A stretch of DNA of 64,000 nt, taken from positions 2,121,908 to 2,185,907 of the forward strand of contig CM082579.2 in assembly GCA_040954595.2 (NCBI GenBank), read 5' to 3'. The notes beneath the pieces were generated by a model, which saw nothing but the letters and a program-made list of their open reading frames with translations, had not been told where the DNA came from and ran no database searches. Below are positions 32,101 to 46,407 of this stretch, piece after piece; within the stretch, counting starts at the first letter, position 1; each line of letters opens with the position of its first letter. Both the position numbers and the translations under genes were made by a program. This DNA comes from Balanoglossus misakiensis (Eukaryota > Animalia > Hemichordata).

Positions 32101-35100
32101 TGAGTGATCTGAACCTCAAACCCTTTCTCACCTTCTCCTAGTGGTATGTGCCAGTTAATACCACTTTACCTACTAAGTACTTTGTTTTGTTTTTTTCCCT
32201 CTATATTTGTGATGGCAAAATGGCAGTTCAAACAAACAGGTGATTAGAACAGGAAACCATTAGAATGATTACAGTCAGATTGGGCAATTGCTCAAACAAT
32301 GACGCATGAAATCCAGTTTCCAAAAACAGTATACTCACTCCACTTGCTCCCAAAGGGATGGTAACTTAGCCTGCTCAATGTGGCCATAAAGTTTTTATTT
32401 CCATTGCTGAAATGGCCCCCTGATGTATGTTTTAACTCTCTTTTCACCCACCGCAAACTGGCCCAATCCCTTTGTTTTCACTGGTGCAGTTTGATCTACT
32501 TGCAGAGAAATGGGATGCAGGTGCAGAGCTCAGCACTGTTTTGGTGAAACAACAGAAACATCCGGTATAAATAACTACAAATCATTTACAAATTCGGGTA
32601 TTATCTTCTCAAACACACCAAATGTTGAAGGGGTATTAGAATAGAAATGCAGTGTGTTTGAGCCAACCTGTTTCACTCTCTCTTTCCATGTTCCCTTCAA
32701 CATAACTCTCTCACCACAACACAATGCTACCTGAGTCTCCTGAAACAACATTCCTGAGCTGATGGGAGTTTTTGGCGTTGACCTTACCATGTTTACTTTA
32801 TCCCTGGGCTATCAACGCAACCTTCAAGAAGCTTTTGGAAAAGGCCGAATCAATATTTGCCATGTTACACAACAACTCTCAACAATAAAATAACATTTCG
32901 TTTCATATTTGATAGTGGAATATGCGGTCATCAGGTATTTGTCACATTCAGTGCTTGTGTGCGATCTGTTAGTAAACGCTGGGGCGAACACGTGGGGTGA
33001 AACTTTGTTACAAACTTTTGTGGTACATGAAGAGGCAGCTGTCAGTTTTGAGGACTCTTCACGGAAGCGGTTGTTACATCGCGATGTAAAAAATCAAGGC
33101 GACCACTCCAGGGTTGGATCATTTGAATAAAAACAAAGTAACCAGGGTGTTTGTGTACAAATAGCGACCACTTAGAGGGGAACGGCTGCAAAAAGTTGCC
33201 CTCAAAAGTGGAGCGCTCGAGTGACGTCAATGGCTTAATTGAAGTCATTGTGGCGGTGACCAAAGCTGTGGTCACAACACTGAGCTTGTTGGTTCTGAAG
33301 ATAACTGTTTCACTGTTGCTTTGTGCAGGTAACATTGGAGCAGATGGGATTACTTTCGACTTAAACGGCCGTGAAATCAAGCTTTCTCAGGTAAGAAACA
33401 CGATTTCAAAAAAACATACTCTTCACACATTATTCAATGACAGATCCTTTTGCGTACGTGGCATGGGAACAACTACAGAAGGACAGATCTGCAGTAAATT
33501 AAGTCATAATTGTCATTTATAGTTCCAGAGAGACTAAAATAAAGAGAGACTACAGATTTAGCCAAATCTCAAGGCACAAAGATACAATGAATGGAAAAGC
33601 ATAGGTGTACAGATAGGCTGACAGAGAGAGTGAGAGGGGCAGACAGACGCAGTGACAAATATATACAGACTGACAGCGATATTAAGAAACAGGTGGCTAG
33701 AACTTTTAATAGAGGAGACGGGAATGAAGTTTTGTTATTTCCATTCAAAGATAAATCTCCTAAATAAAGTCCCAGTTAAAAGTGTTAGATTATCACACCT
33801 CTGTTTCAAAGCATACATTCTTTAAACCATTGAATATACTCCAAATATCAAATCCCAGTAAAATTAATATGTACTTTTACAGTACACAAAAAGGGTTACC
33901 GTGTGTAAATAAAAGAGTTACATAAAGTTCCATTTGAAACCTCAGTGGGTGACTTAATGTGGAGTTGACAAGAATCTTTCAGGGTTATAATTACCATATA
34001 ATCTGAGTATCTATCACCTTCTACTGTAATTATTCACTATGTGGTATTTACATCTGATCATTCAAGACATGGTCCTTCATCAGCATGGTGTCACAATGCT
34101 CGCATAATTAACTCATCCCCAGTGGCGAAGTTTTTGTAAGAAATAGCAGCCCCAGTACGATCTATGGCGCATTACTCCCGACAACTGTTTTGGGGGAAAC
34201 TTCAAGCTGTGTTTGAAATTGCGGTGTAGAATTGAACTGCACAATACCCTCATTAGTTCAGAAACCCTGAGTGACCTCATCGCAGCTAATTGCATGGAAC
34301 ACCGATGCAATTGTTTTGCTTTTCTTTCAAAAACACTGCAATCTTGTGTAATACTGATCAGGCCAATTTTCATCTCAGAAAGCGCTCCCCGGGTCTCTGT
34401 CAGGCAGTGAGCCAATTAATCTACACTTTTGTGCTTGCTTAGTTCTTCAATAAGATTTTTTCAAGGAACTGTGATCTAGTCCTATTCTTCACTACGTCCA
34501 ATTTTGTAATAAATTATTTAGAAACTTCTCATAAAATTGGATCATTCAACATTAAGAATATCACCAAAATATTTTTAAATGTTCGGACAAAAATTTAGCA
34601 CTAAAACGTTTACAGTTTATTCAATGGTTGCAGAACATAAAAGAGAAATATTCGCACAATGGTGACAAGAAAAACTCTACCATGTACTCACAATTTGAGA
34701 GAAATGTTCTCTCAAAAGGATGAATTCCAAACAATCCCCCAGCTGCATTGTCTTACCCAGAAACCATTGTCTCTGCTAAATACCGACTGGACTTAAGCCC
34801 ATTGTGCTGCATGTTTGACTTCAACATTTGAAACTCACTACATACAAGGCAACCTGACAAACAAATCCAAACACAGCGAAAGTAACGGAAAGGTAGCTTC
34901 TGTGGTGCAAGGGCGGTGGCTTGTCCATTCACGGCAGCTTTTGGACGCCCTTTTTGTGTTCTAAATTTAGACCAATGACGCATCGCGTTTTAAGTCTAAC
35001 TTCGCGCATTGTCACTCAGCATGGGTGGGAATCACTTGTACGGTTGTAAAAGACACTGTGTGTTTTTGCCCGTTACCGCACAAGTGGTTCACATTGATAA

Positions 35101-38100
35101 ACTCGACTGCAGATGCCGTTCCGTTTGTTTCTAACAAAAATGCCCTCGAGAAACAGACCTGACAGAGCAGACTTGTGATACTTTCTCTCTCCTCTTGGCG
35201 TGTCTGTTGATTCTATCGTGGTGGTGGTGGTGGTGATGGTGTTGGTGGCTGTGGTGGTGGTGGTGATAATAAACAAAATGATAATAATAAAGTAGTGATG
35301 TACATGTACTATTTACCAGACATGGTGTGTAACACAGTGTTATATACTGGACATTTGGGTCAGGGCTCTTGTCCAGAACAGACTCTTCTGGCTTGTCCAA
35401 GGTTTTCTCATATTGCACTAGGTTTCAATGCAAATCATGCATGATAGCATGTATGGCCCTTTCCAAAGTCACAGAAACCCTTTTGTTTATATCTTTTCAT
35501 GACATATTTTCCACATATACCTTTTTCCCACACTTTGAACAAACCCCTGGCTCCTGACTTCTGATGCATGTCAGTTCAGGTTTTTCCCGGGAGAAGCAGC
35601 CAAAGCTTTACACAGACATGTTGTGTTTTGCATTTTACTAAATTCAACTTGTCTCTGTGACTGTCATGCTTTTCAAGTCCACGTTGTTCACATTCCTCTT
35701 GTCCAGTCAGTGTAGACATCTGCATTGCTCACAAAATGTCTACGACAATGTGAATGCCCACACAAGAGATGAAAGCAAAACAAGAAACGACAACAAAAGC
35801 CGTTTATTTATGTTGTTTACCCGACCACACGTTGGAATCTGATGGAAGTCTGGTTGACCAGTAAAAACACCAGTCGTAGACTTGGTGAGTAACTGCTATA
35901 GGCCACAAAATAACCTACATTGTACAACCTTATCCAGTATCGTAAATAACACAACAGAATTCAATAGTAATCTCACTTATTTAGCTTTTTTTGTCTCAAC
36001 CTCTAATAACCTATTACCAGTAAACCACATGACATGCAACCAACCATGATCACTCCAAATAGTGACCATGAACCAAACAGGCTTGGAGTATCTTGTCCTA
36101 TCCACATGATCCCCAACACTCTCATGTTATGCCTCTTTAACTGAACATCATTGTATATTCAGATTTTCGCACATTTTAAAGAAACAGACCAACAATGATC
36201 AATTGATGTAGACTTATCATAACTCTTTCACATGACCCACTGTGATTTAATCCCCTTGTGTTGAACGACAATTGTGTGGCTTGAAAGTGAAACCAAGGGA
36301 AGATTTGGCGCAGTTATATGTAAATTTAAATCTGTGTATAGCACATTAATTGAACGTAGAAGGGATTACAACTTCACCAGTACAGAACCAAAGTTTTGTC
36401 AACAAACACCATACTTGAATTCTGTTCAGGAATAAAAAGGAGATTTTTGACCCCAATTATCACTCAATGACGACAATGACCAGCCTTGGCGAAGTACAAA
36501 GCTGTATGCCCATAGCTGCACATCCAACCATCCACCACTTGTGCAAACTACCTTGCATCATCAAAGGGTAAACTTTACGTGCAACAGCTGTACAGAGCAC
36601 GATTGCCTGCTTACATCACGGGGAACAGAAGCATAGAACAAAATGACAAAAGAAATTGAGGTGATCTAAAAATTGACAATCGGGATAAAAGCTCTCTGTC
36701 ACTCAAAAAATCCAGATTCCCTCCCTCTTCATAAAGGATGGCAGAATTTACCTAAGCTTTGCCTATTATCTACCAGTGTATGCCCAGGGGCTAGTGGGAC
36801 GTGTATGTATATGGATGGTCTGGAAGGGGAGTAAAGCTGCAGCTGTATATATCCTCCATTGAATGGACTTGCAAGTAGAGTGTGTGTGTGTTAGACACAT
36901 GCATTGCAGAGACTCAGTCATTGCAACTGGGTCCCTTTTACATTGCAATGCATTCAAAGTCAGAGCCCGAGGGAAGCAAACTTTACGTTGTCCCATTTGC
37001 TGTGTATTCACAAAGGTATTAAACCCTTACGTAGTGTGGCACTTTCCTATACTCATATACCGGGCACTGCGCTCCCTTTCACTGAAGCACCTTGTCATCT
37101 TCATCCCATTGCTCTTCGATACATATTAAAATGTACCAAGTTGGATCAAGTGCCATTGAATTTCTTTTCTAAAGTTTGGCACATTTAACACACAATCAGC
37201 TTGTTTCCACACGCTCAAAATACCCCTTAAAACTTTGCATGAAAATAGTTCGCCAAGTGCCGCGACTATTGGACGGTCCCGGACTGTGACATAAGGTTAC
37301 ATCACGATCAACAAAGCTATACTGTGGGATTAGATCGCAAATAAAAGAAAGCAATCTCAGCCAGTGTATCTGCATTTCACTGTGGGACAAAAACCTGGAA
37401 TGAGGCTGATCACATTACTGTGGGATTACTTTTGCACATCACTGAAGGAGTGCTAGCGTTTCCTGTCAACATCCGTCGTCATTCGTTGCTGAAGAATGGA
37501 GGTAAAGAAAATTAACCTTGGTTCTACTTTCTTTCCACTCCTGTCATTTCAAATTTTGTCATGTTTGTTGTGATGATAATTGACACCTTGACCTGTATGT
37601 TTATCGGTGTCACTAATGACGTGCATCATTTCTGATGTTGTACAGTATTGTGCACTTTTCTTTGGTCTTCTGTTCTGTTGTGTTCCTCTCCTTCAAGGAT
37701 TTGTCCACTGAAGAAACAATATCATGTCAGTCAAAGCTCTCCTCTGCTTTCTAAATAAGGAAGACCGATTTCATTTGTGCCATGAGAATGTTTACTTCTA
37801 CCTTTGCCAAAATCATGGTGAGATTATAAAGAAAAATATTATGGTTGTGGCAGTGCGAATACTTTCTTCGACAAAACATTCGACCAATTCCTAAGTACTT
37901 TATGCAAGACAATGGGCACTGTGCCTTAAACAGCAACTTGCAAATTTCGTGTGAAACAAAGAACATTAGGTATTCAAATAGTTTTATCTCAGTGCTGGTG
38001 GCATCTGGCCAAAATGTAGAAAAGAACAACAATATACTGTGAGGGTGGCCAGTAGTTTACTGTGTGTACACTGACCAATGAAGACTGAAATATTAACAAT

Positions 38101-39436
38101 ATTAACTGTATTATTTTAAAAAATGTATTCTCCCAGAGTTGAGTTGCATAGAAAATATCTCTGCAAAAAAAGAAAAGTGGTAGATTGATGTAATAATGGC
38201 ATCTTCAATCTCAGTGTACACTTAGCAAAATGTCAAAAGTTCAGGTGATGTTGCAATGATTTTATCTTTGCCATTTCAGTACAGAATTGGCATGGTTAAG
38301 GTCTAGTGATAAGTCCTATAGTCCAGGCTGGTTCCCTGCTTGTACTGGTATTTTCCACCAATTATCTCAATGGAAATGTGTTCCCTGTTTCTGCCTATTT
38401 CTGGACCTCCCACATTGTTTCAAGGAAAGGCAGTCATGATCCAATCCTGTCAGTGTGCTAGACTCACAAATCTCACACACTGCAAGACTGTCAGACTTCA
38501 TTTCTGATGAAAGAACTGAATATAATGATCCCCCTTGTCTGCAGAATGTCTCAGTAAATCCCTAGACAACCAGAATTCTCACGCTTCACTTGTCAAAGCC
38601 TGCTCGCGTCAACAGCAGGATTAATATTCATATTGGCATTTGTGGTTGTCTGTAATCTTTGTTAGTCAAATTTACTCACCATATCATAAATTACTTTAAT
38701 GATGAGAGAGCAGCTTGGACATGTGGCTACTTCCTCACCATTTTCTAAATCTTCCTGCGGAAAAAAGAAAAGAAATTCATTTTGGGCTAACTTATTTCCT
38801 TCAATGGATGGGTTTATTCAGATACATTGATAATGTTGGAACACAGTAAAGTGTGGATTATGATGGGTCAATGATTCCATTTACAATTTTAAGATATTGC
38901 CAGCTTCTGCATGGGTTGTGAAGGATTACAGGGGGGCGTGGTCGATCATCTTATACTATAGTGAAAGCCATCGGACAACGTCACGTGAAATTGAACAGCA
39001 TTTTCTCCATGAACATACACCCACATTGTACATATTTCCCACGCGGTGTTAAAAAAAAAAACTTGTTGGCTGATCATGATGTATTGAACTTTGGTTACGC
39101 AATATCTGAGCTCGACGACGGTGCATTGATGCGGGGCATGAAAATTAAGACTGGCACCGCTTGCCAGAAAAAGGTATTCAGTTATACATAACTGTCGCGT
39201 GATGAACGCTTATGTAACTGAGATAAAAGCGGCCAAATTCTTCAGTCAAAGCTACGCGGGTGCTTCATAGAATAGGCATTGTTAGATAAGTATCATGTCT
39301 TCCGGTTTCGCAATGTACATGTACTCACTCTCGTTATTTCGAATCTGTCCCCGCATGGACACGGATAGTAGTATGTCTCCGTTTCTTCGTCGTACTCCAT
39401 GTCTTCGATCTCCACTTCATCGTGATATGCAGTCAT
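29133..39436 (-). CDS. DPH3: Diphthamide biosynthesis protein 3 (KTI11/CSL zinc finger), 82 aa, 3 exons
   Basis: Exons 39329-39436 ([36 protein letters not shown]), 38680-38754 ([25 protein letters not shown]) and 29133-29198 ([21 protein letters not shown]). CPCG and CPSCSL motifs are present. The last exon was assigned from its strong acceptor, phase 0 and a total length typical of DPH3, and is less certain than exons 1-2. Confidence 0.9.
30310..30358 (+). repeat. Perfect 22-bp direct duplication (ccttgacaagttcaccatcgat) with a 5-bp spacer
   Basis: Copies at 30310-30331 and 30337-30358. Confidence 0.9.
35218..35265 (+). repeat. Imperfect (GTG)n microsatellite
   Basis: Directly visible GTG run followed by a short ATA run. 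Confidence 0.9.
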
Positions 39437-39660
39437 TATTAGCCAACAACGAGGGAGTAACCCTGACGACCGCTGTTTTCTTCCACAAGCAACCGCACGC
39501 AACCCTACAACTCGCGCACATGTGGTTTGTCGGGAATCCCCGGAAGTGCGTCATAGGGGAGTCCCCGTGTGGTTCTGTTGGACCGGATAGTTATCTTCAT
39601 CCTAACGCTAAACGGTGCTTCTTTCGGTTGCTGGCCATGACACCCTCGCCAAGCGGTGTT
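39437..39660 (-). promoter_or_regulatory. DPH3 promoter/5' UTR
   Basis: CpG-rich stretch directly upstream of the ATG, with ETS motif CCGGAAGT at 39540-39547 and an adjacent TGCGTCA. Confidence 0.55.
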
Positions 39661-40354
39661 TCTTAGGACAGAGAGTTGCTTAGTTGCCTGGAGACAGTAC
39701 CAGGTCGCTTGTGAATTTGTGGGCTTCAGGTCTGCCGCGCGCGTATGCATGGATGCTTACGCGCAAGGGGATACGACTCTTGCGCGATGACGATGCTGGA
39801 CTATCTACAGGGAGGCCCCTGCAGATGGAGACTAGCCCTATAACAATTGCAATCAGCCAGTCATCATTTAAAATTTTCTCACTGTTATTAAAAGAGTCTC
39901 TTTTCAGCTCGGCGCAAAGAGGGTCATAGCCTATTTTGCCTTTTGAACACAAGCCAAAAGTTCTTCCGAGCCAAAATAACTGTGCAAAAGTTTTGAAAAC
40001 GAATGGGGTGAGCTTATATTTTACGCGGAAACTACTTTAAAATTCTGTGTCAGTTGAAGGAATCAGCCTTAGGCCTAATAGGCCTATTCATTTTTCATTT
40101 TTAAATACGACGACCAAATCGAAAAGAAGTGGTCTACGATAACAAGACAACGATTTAACAAAGCAACACGCACCAATAAAACTCTTAATAACATGTTGCG
40201 AGAATGTTAAAGAAGAAACTGTTTTGTCATATAAATCTACGACGCATCGCTCAATTACCCACATTGCGTCAATGGGAGCCCCATCGATCCTCCATGCGTG
40301 AAGGAACCGATGCCAGACGCACGTAGCCCAACACGGTTTAGGCCCTATATAGAG

Positions 40355-41578
40355 TTAACTCTCGGACATCGATTGTCCGAGGTTTATTCTATCAGATGTT
40401 GTAGTGTTTGTTGATGCCGCTTGTGATGATGGATGGTATTTGGATGGCTGGGTTGACTGACAGGCGGTTAGGTGGATGGATGAGCGTCCTCGATGGTATA
40501 AGGTTGTCCCATCACTGCAAACCACGGACATCTTATCTGCAGTATTTGGCGAAGGGGTATACGTGGGAATATTTGGTGAAAGTCCGGCCAACCCGGGGTC
40601 AACCTTGCGTGTTAGAAAAGAGACGTCATCAAGAGAATCCTTGCGGCGATTTCTACATTGTAAAAGTCGTTCTTCCAGTGCCAAAGGGCGTGTTGGCCTA
40701 AGTTTTAGTTCCAAACCACTGTCATACATCTTCAGTGTTTGTGATCGATGACTTCCTGCATGCTTGCTTGCAATGTCTAGGACGCAAGCATCACTCATTT
40801 GACCGCAAGTAACCTAAGACCAGGTACCTACAGTAGCCATGGCAACATTTGAAAGTCACAGGAACACTTGCGTTCGCCCTCAAGCTCTTAACAAAGAGAT
40901 GTTGAGGAACCAGAGTCTGCCGAACGTCTCTCTACATGAAAATATTCATCAAGTGTTTTTTAAGAAAGGTGCATCTTTTGTTCTATTGTCCAAAAATCAA
41001 GCCACTATTGTTTACAACTGAATAAACAATTCACAGTTACAGTCCCAACAAAAGACCGCACAGTGACAAGTTTAATTAATATGGGCATTTGCTCCTTGGG
41101 GAGAGCGTCATATTAAATGGGTGATATGCATATAAAAAGTTCAGAAACATGGCGGGAAAGTTGACTTGGAAATTTCGCCACTCTGATTGGATGCTCTTCA
41201 CATCAAAACTGCCGACCAGAGAATTTGGGTCCGTACGAACCTTGAGAGTCAAATCGTGATATAAACATAATTCGACGCACCAGAGAGACGTCCTAAACTT
41301 GTGAGTACATGTATATACGTTGTTGGGGTAACGTTTGACAACGATACCTCTACCTGCAGGTGTTATATTTGTTCTTTCTGTGGCATCACTGGTAAAGAAC
41401 CAATACTAGTCGATATAAAGAGAGACCGTGATTACCCGCATTAACCATAGCTATCGGTGTAAATCTGGGAATGAGATTTGAAAGGCGTTTAGCCTTTCCT
41501 CAATATCGATCAGCCATATGTTTACCGACCAAGTGATCTCACCCAATTTGATCCATGCACCTGTAGCAACAACTGCAT
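40355..41578 (-). CDS. Hypothetical two-exon 164-aa Ser/Thr/Pro-rich protein, no recognised family
   Basis: The ATG at 41578 gives 12 codons up to donor TGG|GTGAGA (exon end 41543). These join in phase 0 to acceptor tcttag| at 40813 and an open frame to the stop at 40355. The length alone is within chance range. Confidence 0.3.
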
Positions 41579-44500
41579 GTTGTACCCTCGACCCTTGGTA
41601 TGTCCCCGCCCTCATCCTAACGACTTTATTCGCAATTTCCGCCCTGAAAATGGGTTCCGGAATAAGTCTGTGTATCAGATTTCATACTTTTGGTTGCTGC
41701 TTCACATGCCTTGGGGGGAGAGAGAGAGAGACAGACAGAAAGACACACCATACCCTGCTGACATAGAGACAATGTCAATCTATGAATATATTTTCAAGCA
41801 AAGATTATCTTCCATGTAAAAAATAACATCTCGACCTCACATACCAAGTCGCAGAAGCATCTCCATAAATAAGCTGATAAGTGGAATTACGTGTTTCTAA
41901 TATAACTCCGACAGATAGGATTACTGACAGACTTTCTTTATTTGTAATATGATGTATAGGGGCACTTTAATTGGAAAGTACTTTTAAAATTGCGTTATAT
42001 CATTCGTGTTATACTTCATCGACCGTTTTTATCTTGTAACGATTTACGCGGTATGTGTTCAGTATTTTGTACGACAGTGAATGGAATACATGATCTCAAT
42101 ATCAACTTGAACAGGGCCTTTTACACTGAGCGATCATCGTCTTATGCGCATGTGCCAAACCAAAGAGAACAGTTTGAATTCCAGGTCAGGTAGAGCGGAA
42201 ATTATGGCAACAATTATCTTTCGTAAAGTGGTAGACAAATTTGCCTTTCTTGTTGTGGCGGGAAATTTAGGCAAACAATTTTTAACCCCGCCCTGTCAAC
42301 CAAAAATGGGCGTTGTAGGTCACAACGACCCCGAACGCCAACTTTCCTAAACTCTACTTATATCATTTCAACACTTATTTTTGACAAGTTGTTAACCATA
42401 ATGTTATGCTGTTTGAAAACACACCTCGATAATAATAAACTCTGTTGATGGAACCACTGAAGTATTTAGTACGGAAAGAGTTATTTTATTAAACGGCTCA
42501 ACCCAGTCGACGGATTGGAATGTTTTATAGCATGCCATGTGCACAGCGTGTTGTATTTGATGATACTGTATATCAACATTATTTCACGCGTACATGTATA
42601 CCCTTTAGGGCGAGGGGTCACCCTTGTGTGTGGAGTTCAGTTCTGCACAGTTTTTATCTCTGACGTGGAGTATATAATAATAGTTATCATCGCAGATCGA
42701 AAGAAAGATGTCTGCAGATACATGTACCACTGTGAAATACAGCGAAACCGGGCCGACGAAGGTATTTATCATGATATTCACGTATGTCAGGCGAATTTTG
42801 GCCGTTTTGGATGCTCGAGTGAAAACTGGGGTCATAACGCTTTGTGTACACTTTCATTTCAAACTCATCTTGATCTTGACCGTCTTAAAGCTTGCTGTAC
42901 CGTAAAACACGATAATCAATGACAAATTAATGACGATAACCTGTACAAATTATTATGCTACCTCATCACGGTTATACAGAGACAATCCCCGGCAAATTTT
43001 AAGTAGCTTACGTTAGATTTTAGCTTCCTTCTAGCTACCACGACATTCTTGCTATGAAAAATCGATATCGTTGGTCAATTTGCGTCCATCCGTGCATGGC
43101 GTTGGAAACTGTCGTACGATACCACCCACGTAAGCGTTTAATTTACCGTATCACAACGTGTATATGTTCTGCCCATCTTCTCTGTTCCAAGTTCCTTGTA
43201 GACGAGTCCACGAATTATTTGAAAGCTTTAAGTTCAAAGTCCGTTTGTCTGATCGTTAACCAGACCCTAGGAAATTATTAGCAAGGGATTTACAAAAAAA
43301 AGTCAGGGCTGGCTTTTGAGTCAAAGTTTATCGTAATCTGATATCCTAAATCTTTGTTTTTGAAAGGTCGTCTTTTAAAGAGTTGATTCGTTGAATATTT
43401 CACGTATACCGTACAAAACTGATAATATTTAGACAATTACAGATCATATGACAGACAGGTAAATCGTACAAAGGGTGCTCAGGCGATGATGTCATGTAGC
43501 ATTGTTATGTAAATCAGAAAAGTTTCGCAGGAGATATACTTTTAATGGGGACAGTTCTGTTGATGGCCTGGTGTTCCCCAAGAGTCTGTTCCAATATTTA
43601 TGTGCGCAGTGATCCCGCCAGTATAGCCTAAGGAAGACTTCTGATGTCATGAACTTATCCTCCTTGCACCGATTTGAAGTCGCGCGCCACTGGATGTCAC
43701 GTCGGTCATGCACGCGATGTTGGAAGTAACTAAGTAAAGTTGAAAGTTCACACCGCAAGTTGAGAGGGGTTTAACCAGCTTGGGCATTGTGCTATTCGGA
43801 CGACGGGTACCTGTTTACTTTTACGCTTTCCATTTCAATCCTTCAGGACCCGCTCCTAGCGTGTTCTATTCAACCAGTTTGTCGGGGCGACTCTCTTCAT
43901 TTCAGCTACCTCTGCCTCGTATGGGTAGGTGATCTTTCTTATACTTCAGTATTGTATTCATCCCCCGTTCGCTTGTATTGGCAGTGTTTCGGCTGCACTC
44001 CTATTAAAAGAGCAAATGTCACCGCAAGCTTATTAACCTAAGCTACCAGGTATTACATGCCACAGCCGATGCAGACATGTACACCTTGCCCGTCCATCAG
44101 AACACATTCGTCGTCTCACCAACACGATTTTTGATAAACCAGTGTGTGTTTTTGATTATGTCAATTTATTAGTCTTTGCTGTCGCAATATGCTATGCTGA
44201 GAACCGACAAACAGAGAATTCCAACAAGGTGTCGAAACACCGCTATGTTCGGATTGTTTTTCGCACCTATTTCAAGGCCTCGCAACATTTCTCAAAAAGT
44301 TTTAACGCAGAATCTGCGTGCCATATGGCAGTATCCTGGAGAATAAATTGACGTTTAATTGGCCTGAGAAGAACAGGAACATGACTTTGCAAAACATTAA
44401 CTTTGATATTAATTTCTACTGCCGAATAATCTTGGGAAAATATCTCACAGAGTTGTGAAGGGAGAGCCTTACACCTGTGACTTGCAGGTAAAGGTGTGTA

Positions 44501-46407
44501 GTTTGCTGTGTGCTTGGGAAGACGGTATCCTGGGCTGTCTCATACAAATCGACGATTCTCCCGAAATTCAAATTTCCCACGCATGTTGTCGTAGCAGCAC
44601 TAGAGCCCACGGCGGTGTTAATACTTTTGAAGCACTCTTGAACTAATGCTCAGTCCGGATCCAGATCTCCCAAACCGACAATTCAACACAACACTAACCA
44701 CTGCAGACATCTCTATTTGCGATACAATATATCACCAGCCTCCTGTCATCGAGGTGTGAACTGAGGAGGTTGATGCGTGTGACGCTACAAAAACAACAAT
44801 TTGACCATAAAAATCGATTGGGTTAAATTCAGCCGTTTCAGAATCAATAATTTTCAAAGTTATTTTAATTGCCGGCATATATATATCGAGCACAAGGCGC
44901 GACCCGTTACTTATGCGTGCAGTGATGTGTATCAGATAATTTCGAGCATGACTACCGACCTGTACAACAAAACATACAATGGCTGACAGACCCTTACTCG
45001 GTGCCAAGACCATACACATTATTCTATACTTAACATGATCGCACCAAGTTCATTCTAAAGTGAATTAAAAGGGACGAAATTACATTGAGATATGACGGGT
45101 GTACAGTAAAGGTCTTACATACAGACAGAATATTTCTTGTTGACAGAGCAGCCGTTGTAACAAGGGTCTTGTTTACAGGCCCATGGAATCCCTGGCTACA
45201 ATTATGAACTAATATAAACTGAGCATTAATTTTAAAATCCCTGCTCAACCGAAACATGCATTGCACTATAGAATTGGACATACGTTATACCATTATTGCA
45301 TACAGTTAGGTGACTTTTATTCAAATTACAAAATGATAATATGCAATGTATGTTAGTTTAAGGTATGGGACCATTCATTTTTGACAGGTATATATTGATA
45401 AAACGATAAGTTTATCTGTTTGATGTTCTTAGTCGAACCCAGTGGATGATATATACGTTATACTTTTATTGTGTAATGTTGCGTACCTTGAACCCGTCGA
45501 GTATTGCCGTATGGTCCGCGTCAGTCATTCCGATGGCGTTTTGGCAGAAAGTCGAATTTGGGACTGAAATATTACGCACATTTGACATTTGGCGAGATAA
45601 CTTTAGATAAGAGTTCCATGCGACTGATCTAACACGAACGGGATTAACCTCTATACCCTATATTCCATTGCCCTGCTTTCGTTGGGCTGCATAGTTTAGT
45701 TTATGTCAATTAATGCATATTTTAAATTAACGTTTAAATATCAGTTATAGCCTGCCAAAACGTAGTGCATGGATTGAGGTCCGCGCGTATCCAGGTATAC
45801 ACACCTGTTGCGGCGCATGCGCACTTATCCTTTGCTCGACCAATTCTCACATGTTGTTTTTTAAGGGGAGATTTTTAGCATTTTGTGATGTTGCACTATC
45901 TTGCTGTAGCTAGAAACTTCAGGTAGCGGCACAACATGTCTAGCTGGAACGGCACACATCAATACATCGATGACTGTCCGACCTTATCTAGGGACGTTAG
46001 TTGATACACTGGCCCCTGCTTAATCTGCGGGGAAGTAATTAGATCCTTTGATTTTCACATTATCGTGATTATCAATTAGCCCATTTCAGTGACCGTCAGT
46101 CGAATGAACTTTGCTCGAGTTACACAGTGTATTATCGTCGTCCGAATGAAGGTTCGGATACGGTGTCTATGTTGTCGTCTGGCGGTTTTCAATGACACGG
46201 TAGCTGTAATCTTCGTCCTGTTAGTGTTAGTGACCTTAAAGTAAATGCTCTCTCTAAACGATCCTGCGTGTAAAATTGTCCACATTCGGCTTGCTAACAG
46301 AGGCTGTGCGCATCTAGGCAACATTTTGATTGCTAAAATTGAATGTCAGTCTTGACTTCAATATCAAGTTCAGCTGTCAACAATAACATTACACAGCAAA
46401 CATCCGG

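Noticed and set aside
38116-38560. Nearby acceptors as the constitutive DPH3 last exon
   Set aside because: Their translations do not resemble the acidic DPH3 tail. The exon at 29133-29198 gives the expected pattern and length.
40666-40685. Minus-strand TTTGGCACTGGAAGAA, resembling the miR-96/263 family
   Set aside because: There is no complementary arm nearby to form a precursor hairpin.
41493-41819. Plus-strand overlapping ORFs of 80-82 aa downstream of a TATA-like motif at about 41130
   Set aside because: No family is recognisable and the splice signals are stronger on the minus strand. This cannot be excluded without transcript data.
45878-45897. GCATTTTGTGATGTTGCAC, resembling the miR-153 5' arm
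   Set aside because: The conserved mature 3' arm (TTGCATAGTCACAAAAG) is absent.
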